A stretch of 24,070 nucleotides of DNA from Spirochaetota bacterium (GTDB lineage: Bacteria > Spirochaetota > UBA4802 > UBA5550): the NCBI GenBank assembly GCA_050298055.1, contig JBNKTL010000061.1, forward strand, positions 1 to 24,070, written 5' to 3'. Made by a program: the position numbers and the translations under genes. Each line of letters starts with the position of its first letter. Within the stretch, counting starts at the first letter, position 1. Under the pieces are notes generated by a model. It made no database searches. It was not told where the DNA came from and saw only the letters and a list, made by a program, of their open reading frames with translations. This document shows, one piece after another, positions 8,898 through 17,250 of the stretch.

Positions 8898-10151
8898 TCA
8901 CAACCTCTGAATAAGGTAGATAAAAGCAGGCATCCTGAGAGATCTTTTTATCATCTTAAAGCTGTTCTTAAGCTCAACACTGCTCCTGTCAATGTCCAGA
9001 GGGGAGAGATAGATCGCACCTTTGCTGTAGGGAGATGAAAGATTGCTGTTGCAGAGTTCTAAAAGTGAATCAGTATGTCCCTTTGAGAAATTTTCACTCA
9101 GGAGAAAGTTAACGCTTACTTCAATTCCCGTGTAACTTTTATTAATCTCAATCATTTTTATAAATGACTCGGATACCTGATCCGGGGTAACAGGTTTTCC
9201 CAGTATTTTTAATGTTTTCTCATCTGCCGATTCAAGCCCGATATTGATATAGGTTTTATAAGGAAGATTATTAAGGAACTCATAGAGGCTCTGAGGAGAT
9301 TTTAAAAATGAGTTTATACTTCCGAAAAGGAACAGGTGAGAACCATTCATATAGGACCCGGTAAAATTAAGGTTTTCATATGCATATTCCGCTGCAAAGC
9401 TTATTAAATCGCTTCCAGCATATAATCCATCATGATTTGCCAGGAAAACTGAATTATAGTTGATCAGGTCATTCCCGTAGAATTTTTTTAAAGCCCGGAC
9501 CTGCTCCTTTATTTCATCGGGTTTCTTTACTGTAACTCCCTCACCTGAACTTACCATACAGAATCTGCAGTTGTAGAGACAGCCATTGACAATATTTATG
9601 GGAATAACATCATAATCCACGTGCCGCGTATCAGGAGGAAGCACAGATATACTCCCTCCCGTTATCAGGTGGAATTCTTCCGATCTTTTTTTCAGATTGC
9701 CATTATCCCTGGTTGCAACAAGCCCAAGGAAATCATTTACTTCAGGATCTGAGCTAAAGGCTTTACACTCTCTGATCTCTTTAATGAGGAGCTCCAGGGA
9801 TTCTTCGGCGGTGATGGTCCGCTTCTCTTCAAATGGTCTGAATGCAAAGATTGAATTGGACGGGTAATTGAAACAGGGAAGATAAAATTCGCCGATATAG
9901 CTCTCTATCCCTTTGTAAATGCCCGGTGTATAGTATATCCAGTCATTACCTGCGGTTCTTTTAAGCCATTCATCTCCGGACCATTTTCCTCCATGATATT
10001 TCAGGAATTTTAACTCCCCATTCAGGTTGAACTGGTAAACCCGGGAGTTCCCCTCAACCTCACTGTAAATACCATATCTTACCGGGTAACTGGCCTTGGT
10101 ATATTCTGAAGCACCTTTTTTCTTCAGCTTAATATTATAGTGATTCTCCAT
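8898..10151 (-). CDS. Radical SAM protein of unknown function with a long N-terminal extension
   Basis: CxxxCxxC motif GCLYNCRFC; later INIGLESAD...LKILGK SAM-binding-type motif. Confidence 0.85.
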   Translation of the reverse strand: MENHYNIKLKKKGASEYTKASYPVRYGIYSEVEGNSRVYQFNLNGELKFLKYHGGKWSGDEWLKRTAGNDWIYYTPGIYKGIESYIGEFYLPCFNYPSNSIFAFRPFEEKRTITAEESLELLIKEIRECKAFSSDPEVNDFLGLVATRDNGNLKKRSEEFHLITGGSISVLPPDTRHVDYDVIPINIVNGCLYNCRFCMVSSGEGVTVKKPDEIKEQVRALKKFYGNDLINYNSVFLANHDGLYAGSDLISFAAEYAYENLNFTGSYMNGSHLFLFGSINSFLKSPQSLYEFLNNLPYKTYINIGLESADEKTLKILGKPVTPDQVSESFIKMIEINKSYTGIEVSVNFLLSENFSKGHTDSLLELCNSNLSSPYSKGAIYLSPLDIDRSSVELKNSFKMIKRSLRMPAFIYLIQRL

Positions 10152-10263
10152 AATTGAACCTGAATATTATATAATATATCCTATTCATATAAAATATAAT
10201 GGCTAGAAATAATTTTTTAGATGTCATTCATTACATTCTACGTAGCGTTCATTACATAGGCTA

Positions 10264-10292
10264 TTGACATATTTCAAGAAATTTTATAAGTT
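10264..10292 (+). promoter_or_regulatory. Sigma70-type promoter (TTGACA-17-TAAGTT)
   Basis: Perfect -35 TTGACA at 10264-10269, 17-nt spacer, TAAGTT at 10287-10292. Confidence 0.5.
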
Positions 10293-10379
10293 TAACTATG
10301 ATTAAAGGGATTACATTATTTAATCAGAGACTATGGTTAGAGTTTTATCCGGGGGGAGTAAGACTTATGCCTTTTAAAT

Positions 10380-10461
10380 TGACTCCCTCTCTCCCGGTGA
10401 AGATTTTGAAGTGTTAGTAAGAATTATGTGGTGTGTGGTTATTTAGGGAGAGAGGGAATCA
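10380..10461. repeat. 16-bp inverted repeat with 50-nt spacer
   Basis: TGACTCCCTCTCTCCC (10380-10395) vs GGGAGAGAGGGAATCA (10446-10461), 15/16 complementary. Confidence 0.8.
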
Positions 10462-10678
10462 GGGGGATGAGAGCAAAATAATTTTTAAAAAAAGTTAAGA
10501 ATTATTGCACCTGAAACCTTCACATATTCATAACCACTTTTACCAACTTTATAAATTATCTGGAATATTGTCAAATCAATAAAATTATTTTTTTTGAAAA
10601 TCCTGCTACATATCAAAAAAATTCTGAAAATCACTTTACATAATCTTTTTTTTATAAATATTTTGTAACGACTTAGTT

Positions 10679-11182
10679 ATGTTTATCAAGGACTCCATTC
10701 AAAAAATTACAGGATACTCCCTCCTCTCTGCGGGATTATTTCTCCTTCTCGTGGGTTTCGGGATGCTGCTGGACCCTGATGAGAAGGACAGAAATGTCGC
10801 TCCTTCAATAATAATTGTCTCAAATATATTTACTCTTCCCGGTGTTTTTCTTGTTTACCTGGGAAAGAAATCAAAGAGAAGAGAAAACCAGCTTAAATCA
10901 CTTTCCGGACTGATTACATCCTACAGGAGGATATCACTCTCTGAGGTTGCGGATAAAACCGGGCTCAGTGAAAAAAATGCGGAAGCACTGTTGTTAAAAG
11001 CCATCTCAATAAAGCTTATCAAAGGAAATTTTGACCGTACAACCGGTGAATTCTATACGGAAGACGCACTTGAAAATACAAACATGCTCAGGTATTGCCC
11101 GTCATGCGGCGGACAGTTTGAAAAAATTTATCTTAAAGGTGATACGCTCAAATGTGAGAGGTGCGGATATACTTCACTCTAA
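10679..11182 (+). CDS. Membrane protein: 2 TM helices + PCI/winged-helix-like domain + zinc ribbon
   Basis: Two hydrophobic helices; YRRISLSEVADKTGLS...IKGNFDRTTG (PCI-like wHTH); CPSCG...CERCG. Confidence 0.75.
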   Translation: MFIKDSIQKITGYSLLSAGLFLLLVGFGMLLDPDEKDRNVAPSIIIVSNIFTLPGVFLVYLGKKSKRRENQLKSLSGLITSYRRISLSEVADKTGLSEKNAEALLLKAISIKLIKGNFDRTTGEFYTEDALENTNMLRYCPSCGGQFEKIYLKGDTLKCERCGYTSL

Positions 11183-11211
11183 TTAAAAATCCGGTAAAAA
11201 TTGATCTTAAT

Positions 11212-12168
11212 TTATTTTAGTATATTGACTGATTCAAGATCTGCCCTGTTAAGTTTATGCCTGAAGTTTGTTGTATTGTCTTCAATTATGCTGTTCAGGT
11301 AATTCATCTGTCTTTCAATGGCCACAATATAGAGATTCGACTTAATGTTGAATCTCTTACTGAAGTGGTCTTCAGCATTTTTAAACATTCCCCTGAGATC
11401 ATTATTCAACCGTTCTTCTACTTTCTTGTAAAAAGCTACAGATTTTTTAAGAATATCAAATTCTGTCTCATAACCGAAAATTTCAGCTTCCCGGTACTCA
11501 TTATAAAGGAAGAGGAGCTTCTCAAGATATGCCCTGTTTGACATCTGTCCCAGGAGGTCCGCAGAGGCAACAAGAGCGGCAGCGTCTTTTTCACTTTCCG
11601 AATGAAATGAAATAGTGTTAAAATCTTCACTCATTTTCGTGGCCAGGATTAACCTGCAGATGCAGGAGAGATCCATAATGGGAATATTAAACATAAAATG
11701 GTGCATGTTCAGGAATTCCATACTTCTTTCTACATGAGAGATGGTATGTTTTGCCCCGGTACCGGAATTGTCCCAGCTCTCCTGGATGTAACCCGTGTCA
11801 TGGAAAAGGGCCGCAAGAAGAAGATTCACAGCTGTCATCAGCTTAAACTTTTTCTTATAATGAATATTATATCCATCCATAAGCCTTGCGGATGCCAGGA
11901 ATACTTCCAGTGTATGATGCAGGTCATGATATTCAGTGTTGCAGGCATTATAACCGGGGAAATCTCCGCAGAAAAGATTGTCTATCAGCTTTACCGCATT
12001 ATTAATAAGAGAATATTCCTCAACGGGATAATGCTGAGAAAAAATATCCCTGACCTCAGAGTTTACTGTTTCTGTTTTATGGTCATTAAGGAGGGATGCG
12101 AGCTGTATCTCCTGATTATCGTCTATAGTAATTTTCATAAAACCTGTAGATTTAATAGCACACTTCAA
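11212..12168 (-). CDS. HD-domain metal-dependent phosphohydrolase
   Basis: YHDLHHT, ALFHDTGY, HVERS, SADLLGQM. Start may be ATG 12138. Confidence 0.85.
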   Translation of the reverse strand: MKCAIKSTGFMKITIDDNQEIQLASLLNDHKTETVNSEVRDIFSQHYPVEEYSLINNAVKLIDNLFCGDFPGYNACNTEYHDLHHTLEVFLASARLMDGYNIHYKKKFKLMTAVNLLLAALFHDTGYIQESWDNSGTGAKHTISHVERSMEFLNMHHFMFNIPIMDLSCICRLILATKMSEDFNTISFHSESEKDAAALVASADLLGQMSNRAYLEKLLFLYNEYREAEIFGYETEFDILKKSVAFYKKVEERLNNDLRGMFKNAEDHFSKRFNIKSNLYIVAIERQMNYLNSIIEDNTTNFRHKLNRADLESVNILK

Positions 12169-12242
12169 TAAGACTTGTATAATTATTGTTACCTATAATA
12201 TCAACAAAAAAAGCAAATTATTTTTTGATTTTTAGTGAATTT

Positions 12243-12791
12243 TTAGGGCCTATTCTCCGCAATCTCAATTCCCCTTTCTATTGCCCGTAAATTATCAGGA
12301 ATTTTTCCCCTGTGGTGTTCAGGCAGGACCTTATGGATAACACTTTTAATGTCATCTATACTGACAAAAGGAATCCTCTGAATAAGAGAACCGAGGGTTA
12401 TCATGTTTGCAAGCCGCTGATTGCCGAGCCGGGCAGCTTCTTCGTTGCATTTTACCTTGATAACATCAATACCGCTGCCATTTATCTTTTCAGGGGGAAT
12501 AAGGCTGATATTGGCAATCAGGAGTCCTCCATTCTGAAGCTGCTCCTGGTAAAATTCCAGTCCCACCAGGTCCATTGCCAGAAGTATCCCCGGGTTATTG
12601 GTAATAGGAGAGCCAATCTCCTCATTGGAGATCACAAGGGTGACATTTGTTCGGCCTCCCCTCTTCTCAACGCCGTATGAGGGGAGGTAAGATACGTTGA
12701 GATCTTTTTCTATTGCGGCAACCGCAACCAGCTGGCTTATGGTCTGTATTCCCTGGCCGCCGAAACCTGTCATTATTATATCATGGTACAT
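12243..12791 (-). CDS. 2-oxoacid:ferredoxin oxidoreductase gamma subunit
   Basis: GFGGQG, PSYGVEKRGG, IGSP, NMITLG; last gene of the four-gene operon. Confidence 0.92.
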   Translation of the reverse strand: MYHDIIMTGFGGQGIQTISQLVAVAAIEKDLNVSYLPSYGVEKRGGRTNVTLVISNEEIGSPITNNPGILLAMDLVGLEFYQEQLQNGGLLIANISLIPPEKINGSGIDVIKVKCNEEAARLGNQRLANMITLGSLIQRIPFVSIDDIKSVIHKVLPEHHRGKIPDNLRAIERGIEIAENRP

Positions 12792-12811
12792 TTTTAACCT
12801 TCTTTTGTCTT

Positions 12812-13564
12812 TTACAGGAAGTCTTTGCCTGTCCTCTCTTTGAATGTTCCCAGGGGAAAATAGGGAATCATCTCCTTCTCAATAAGATTGAGTGATTCTG
12901 CCTCGGAAACCCTCCAGTTGGTAGGGCATGTTGAAAGAAGTTCAATAATAGTAAAACCCATCTCATTTATCTGCATTTCAAAGGCCTTCTGTATCGCTTT
13001 TGCAGCCTGGTTAACATGTTTTGGGGAATGAAGAGATACCCGTGCCGAGTATGCCACTCCCTCAAGTGTTGCAAGCATCTCAGCCATTTTTATGGGATAT
13101 CCGTCTGTCTTAAAGTCCCGTCCGTAGGGCGACGTGGTTGTCTGCTGTCCCAGGAGAGTTGTGGGGGCCATCTGTCCCCCGGTCATTCCGTAAACGGAGT
13201 TGTTAATGAATATGACTGTGATGTTTTCCCCCCTGTTGGCCGCATGAATTATCTCCGATGTTCCGATAGCGGCCATATCTCCGTCACCCTGGTATGCGAA
13301 GACAATTGAGTCGGGACGCGCCCTCTTTATCCCTGTTGCGCACGCAGGGGCCCTTCCGTGGGGCGCTTCCAGTACGTCAATTGAAAGGTACTTGTAGAGG
13401 AACACGCAGCACCCCACGCCGGGTATGCCTATTGTTCTTCCCTTTATACCGAGATTATCTATTGCTTTGGCAACCAGCCTGTGCGCGGTACCGTGTGTGC
13501 AGCCGGGACAGAAGTGGGTCTTGACCCTTTTAAGACTTTCAGGATGTTCAAATACCTTGTTCAT
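12812..13564 (-). CDS. 2-oxoacid:ferredoxin oxidoreductase beta (TPP-binding) subunit
   Basis: FCPGCTHG, GVGC, HGRAP, QGDGD...NN, YGMTGGQ, CPTNW; GAGGT SD before ATG 13564 (alternative start 13576). Confidence 0.93.
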   Translation of the reverse strand: MNKVFEHPESLKRVKTHFCPGCTHGTAHRLVAKAIDNLGIKGRTIGIPGVGCCVFLYKYLSIDVLEAPHGRAPACATGIKRARPDSIVFAYQGDGDMAAIGTSEIIHAANRGENITVIFINNSVYGMTGGQMAPTTLLGQQTTTSPYGRDFKTDGYPIKMAEMLATLEGVAYSARVSLHSPKHVNQAAKAIQKAFEMQINEMGFTIIELLSTCPTNWRVSEAESLNLIEKEMIPYFPLGTFKERTGKDFL

Positions 13565-13572
13565 GGTTAACC

Positions 13573-14628
13573 TCATTTTTTCATTGCCTTCTTGATCTCT
13601 TCAATCACTTCGTTGGGATAAGGGATGCCCCCTCCCGGCCTGCCGTAAAAGGAGATATCCGCGCTCCTGAATGAAGATATGAGTACATCATTGAGCATCT
13701 GCCCCGTATTCATCTCTATAACGAGGACTTTCCCGATCTTTTCACTCCATTTCCTGATCTCGTTTTTCGGAAAGGGGAAAAGTGTCTTCGGGCGAAGAAG
13801 ACCGGCTTTTATACCTTCTTCCCGTGCCATCTTAATTGCTGTTTTGGATATCCTTGAGGGTGTCCCGAAGGCAATGATCATTAATTCAGCGTCATCAAGC
13901 ATATACTCTTCCAGCATGACTTCCTTCTCTTCTATCTCGGCATACTTCCTCAGAAGATCATTGTTGTGGGCCTCCTGTTCGCCGGGGCCGAGGAAGAGTG
14001 ATTTGAGAAGTCTCGGTTCTCCGTCACCGCATCCAGCAAGGGACCACGGTTTTGGGAAGGATTCAATTTCCTTTTCCGGGGTGAGCCTGCATGCTTCCTG
14101 GAACTGACCGATCATTGCGTCTGCAATGATCATTGCCGGGTTCCTGTACTTATCGGACAGCTCAAAGGCCTTTATGGTAAAGTCAAACATCTCCTGGACC
14201 GACGCGGGAGCCAGGACTATATTCCGATAGTCACCATGCCCTCCCCCATGGACTGCCTGGTTGTAATCGCCCTGGGTAGGCTCAATCCCTCCCAGTCCCG
14301 GACCACACCGCATAATGTTCACGATTACACCGGGGATCTCGGAACCGGCCATATAGGAGATCCCTTCCTGCATGAGAGATATTCCGGGACCCGATGACGA
14401 TGTCATTGCCCGGACACCTGCGGCTGAAGCCCCCATAACCATATTGATTGACGCGATCTCGCTTTCAGCGGGAATGAATATCCCGTCAACCTTCGGAAGA
14501 TTTGCGGAGAGGTATTCGGGGATATCGTTCTGGGGTGTTATGGGATACCCGAAGTAGTATCTGCACCCGGCCTGTATTGCCCCTTCTGCCAGCGCAATAT
14601 TTCCTTTTGTCAGTTTTTTTTCACTCAT
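13573..14628 (-). CDS. vorB: 2-oxoacid:ferredoxin oxidoreductase alpha subunit (VorB-like, 2-ketoisovalerate type)
   Basis: KGNIALAEGA, FGYPITPQ, AESEIA, TSSSGPGISL, GPGLG, GGHGDY, EMNTGQM; ATGA overlap with the delta gene. Confidence 0.9.
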   Translation of the reverse strand: MSEKKLTKGNIALAEGAIQAGCRYYFGYPITPQNDIPEYLSANLPKVDGIFIPAESEIASINMVMGASAAGVRAMTSSSGPGISLMQEGISYMAGSEIPGVIVNIMRCGPGLGGIEPTQGDYNQAVHGGGHGDYRNIVLAPASVQEMFDFTIKAFELSDKYRNPAMIIADAMIGQFQEACRLTPEKEIESFPKPWSLAGCGDGEPRLLKSLFLGPGEQEAHNNDLLRKYAEIEEKEVMLEEYMLDDAELMIIAFGTPSRISKTAIKMAREEGIKAGLLRPKTLFPFPKNEIRKWSEKIGKVLVIEMNTGQMLNDVLISSFRSADISFYGRPGGGIPYPNEVIEEIKKAMKK

Positions 14629-14834
14629 TTATACACCTCGATAGCCGTATCGGGACACATTGTTGCGCAGAGAGCACATCCTGTACACTCCTCCATCCTC
14701 TCCTCGCTCACCGTGGCAGGGAAATATCCCGTACTGTTGTGATTTTCTGATATATTAATGATTTTTCGGGGGCAGAAGTCAACGCAGAACCTGCAGCCTT
14801 TGCACCTCTCCCTGTCGATTGTAATATGGGCCAT
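14625..14834 (-). CDS. 2x[4Fe-4S] ferredoxin, oxidoreductase delta subunit
   Basis: CKGCRFCVDFCP and CTGCALCATMCP; AAGGA SD favours ATG 14834 (alternative 14840). Confidence 0.93.
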   Translation of the reverse strand: MAHITIDRERCKGCRFCVDFCPRKIINISENHNSTGYFPATVSEERMEECTGCALCATMCPDTAIEVYK

Positions 14835-15072
14835 AATCATGTTCCTTGATTATATAATTTGATGCAGACCGGAATAAAGTAGTTGTAAAAATATCAGCGT
14901 ATATAAAATGTTAATAAACAACAATCAGTCTGACACATGCTGAATTTTTTATAAATGCAACTAAACCACTTTCATGAGTTACACTTTATTCGTCAACAAA
15001 AACAAGCTTTTATTCATACCGTATTAAATGACATTAAACAGCTGTCCCTACTCATGCCAGGAGGAGCTTAAT

Positions 15073-15639
15073 ATGGAAAATAAAGAGATCAAGGTCGGGG
15101 AGAAGATAAGAGAGATCAGGGAAGGAATGGGTTTAAGCCTTCAGGACCTGGCAGATAAAACAGGTTTTTCCACTGCCCTGCTTTCACAGATAGAAAACCA
15201 TCTCATATCCCCGCCCCTGGGGGTGATCATCAATATCTCACACGCTTTCGGTATCGAAATCGGGACCCTCTTCAACCAGCGGGGAACGTCCCCCTACACT
15301 CTTGTGAGAAAGGACCAGAGAGAACCCACATCACGGGTTGCCTCAAAAGAGGGTGTACGGTACGGTTACTCCTATGAGTCCCTGGCACCCCACAAGATCA
15401 ACAGGAAGATGGAACCCTTTATTGTTACCCTTGAACCCGTATCAAAGAAAGGTGTCCCCTACAGCCATGACGGGGAGGAGTTCATCTATGTCCTCGAGGG
15501 AAAAGTGGAAATTCAACTGGGTGAATACAGGGACATCCTTGAACCGGGTGACAGTATCTACTATGATTCAACTGTCTCACACAGGGTCTCCACAGTTGAC
15601 AATAAAATTGCCAGGATACTGGCTGTAATTTACGCTTAA
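15073..15639 (+). CDS. XRE-family HTH + cupin transcriptional regulator
   Basis: IGEK/VGEKIR-type start, SLQDLADKTGFSTALLSQIEN HTH, cupin HDGEEFIYVLEG...GDSIYYDSTVSH; GGAGGAG SD before ATG 15073. Confidence 0.92.
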   Translation: MENKEIKVGEKIREIREGMGLSLQDLADKTGFSTALLSQIENHLISPPLGVIINISHAFGIEIGTLFNQRGTSPYTLVRKDQREPTSRVASKEGVRYGYSYESLAPHKINRKMEPFIVTLEPVSKKGVPYSHDGEEFIYVLEGKVEIQLGEYRDILEPGDSIYYDSTVSHRVSTVDNKIARILAVIYA

Positions 15640-15651
15640 AAAGGATGGTAT

Positions 15652-17235
15652 ATGAAAAAGAAAAAAATGAAGTACATACTCTGTATCGATCTCGGTACTT
15701 CAGGCCCGAAAACAGCACTTGTCTCGGTCCACGGTGAAGTCATCGCCCACGACTTTATGGGCAACGACCTGATAATTCTCCACGGGGGGGGAGCGGAACA
15801 GGACCCCGCCCAGTGGTGGGACACGATCATTAAAACGTCCCGGAAGGTCATCAAAAAAGGGGCTGTCCCTGTTGATGATATAGAGGCCGTCTGCTGCACC
15901 TCCCAGTGGTCGGGAACAGTGCCCGTTGACCGTGAAGGAAACCACCTGATGAATGCCATCGGCTGGATGGATACGCGGGGTGAGCCTTACATCGAAGAGA
16001 TTATCAGCGGACCTGTAAAAGTGGAAGATTACAGCGTGAGGAAGATATCCCGGTGGCTCAGGCTCACGGGGGGGGCGCCCACAAAATCGGGAAAGGACCC
16101 CCTGGCCCATATCCTCTATATTAAAAACGAACTCCCGGAGATCTACGAAAAGACATACAAGTTCCTGGAACCCAAGGACTTTATAAATATGAAGCTCACC
16201 GGGAGGTTTACGTCAACCTTCGATACAATCACCCTTCACTGGGTAACGGACAACAGGGACATCAACAACATACACTATAACGATTCACTCATGAAGATGT
16301 GCAGACTGGACAGGGAAAAACTTCCGGACCTCTGCAGCTCAACCGATATCATCGGCACCCTGAAAAGCGATGTCGCAAAAAAACTCGGCCTGAAAAGTGA
16401 TGTAAAGGTCATCGGGGGCACTCCCGATGTGCAGTCCGCGTCAATAGGCTCCGGCGCGGTGAAAGACTATGAAGGGCATATCTATATCGGGACCTCCTCG
16501 TGGCTCACATGCCACGTCCCCTTTAAAAAGACTGACATTATTCACAGCATAGCCTCACTCCCTTCGGGAATACCGGGACGGTACCTTGTGACCAACGAGC
16601 AGGAGACCGCGGGAAAGTGTCTTACCTTTCTCCATGACTGCATCTACTCCGAGGAGAAGGGCTTTATTGAGCTGAAGAACCCCGATAATATTTATGACAC
16701 ATTTAACAGGCTGGCGGAGAAGGCCCCTCCCGGAAGCAACAGCCTGATGTTTCTGCCCTGGCTCTACGGCGAACGGACACCCATAGAGGACAGCACGGTG
16801 AGAGGGGGATTCCTCAACCTGTCGCTTGAAAACAGCAGGAACGATATCATCCGTTCGGTCTATGAAGGTGTGGCGTATAATACACGCTGGCTTTTTAAAT
16901 ATGTTAAGAAGTTCATAAAAAAGGAGATGGAGAGCCTCAATATTATCGGCGGGGGAGCGAATTCGGACATATGGTGCCAGATTTTCTCGGATGTGCTGGA
17001 TATTGAGATTAAACGGGTGAAGAACCCAATACTGGCAAATCTTCGGGGTACGGCCTTCCTGGCATCGGCAGCATTGAAGCATATTGATTTCAACGATATC
17101 TCCGGGCTTACCGGGATCGAGAGAAGCTTTCAGCCCGATACGGGCAATCGCACCGTATATGATTCCCTTTTTACGCAGTTCCTGAAAATTTACAAAAAGA
17201 ACAAAGGGATCTTTAGAAAACTGAACAGAAGATAA
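15652..17235 (+). CDS. FGGY-family carbohydrate kinase (xylulokinase-like, substrate uncertain)
   Basis: IDLGTSGPK, EQDP..WW, WMDTR, GTSSW, FLPWLYGERTP, EGVA, GGGANSD.WCQI. Confidence 0.9.
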   Translation: MKKKKMKYILCIDLGTSGPKTALVSVHGEVIAHDFMGNDLIILHGGGAEQDPAQWWDTIIKTSRKVIKKGAVPVDDIEAVCCTSQWSGTVPVDREGNHLMNAIGWMDTRGEPYIEEIISGPVKVEDYSVRKISRWLRLTGGAPTKSGKDPLAHILYIKNELPEIYEKTYKFLEPKDFINMKLTGRFTSTFDTITLHWVTDNRDINNIHYNDSLMKMCRLDREKLPDLCSSTDIIGTLKSDVAKKLGLKSDVKVIGGTPDVQSASIGSGAVKDYEGHIYIGTSSWLTCHVPFKKTDIIHSIASLPSGIPGRYLVTNEQETAGKCLTFLHDCIYSEEKGFIELKNPDNIYDTFNRLAEKAPPGSNSLMFLPWLYGERTPIEDSTVRGGFLNLSLENSRNDIIRSVYEGVAYNTRWLFKYVKKFIKKEMESLNIIGGGANSDIWCQIFSDVLDIEIKRVKNPILANLRGTAFLASAALKHIDFNDISGLTGIERSFQPDTGNRTVYDSLFTQFLKIYKKNKGIFRKLNRR

Positions 17236-17250
17236 AACGGAGCTTTTTAC

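Noticed and set aside
8649..9038. Small ORFs 8649-8852 (-) and 8784-9038 (+)
   Set aside because: Non-ATG starts, no clear SD and no motifs; they run through hairpins or overlap the radical SAM gene.
15652..17235. Calling the kinase xylB or glpK
   Set aside because: Only family-level motifs are present, and there is no xylose or glycerol utilisation context.
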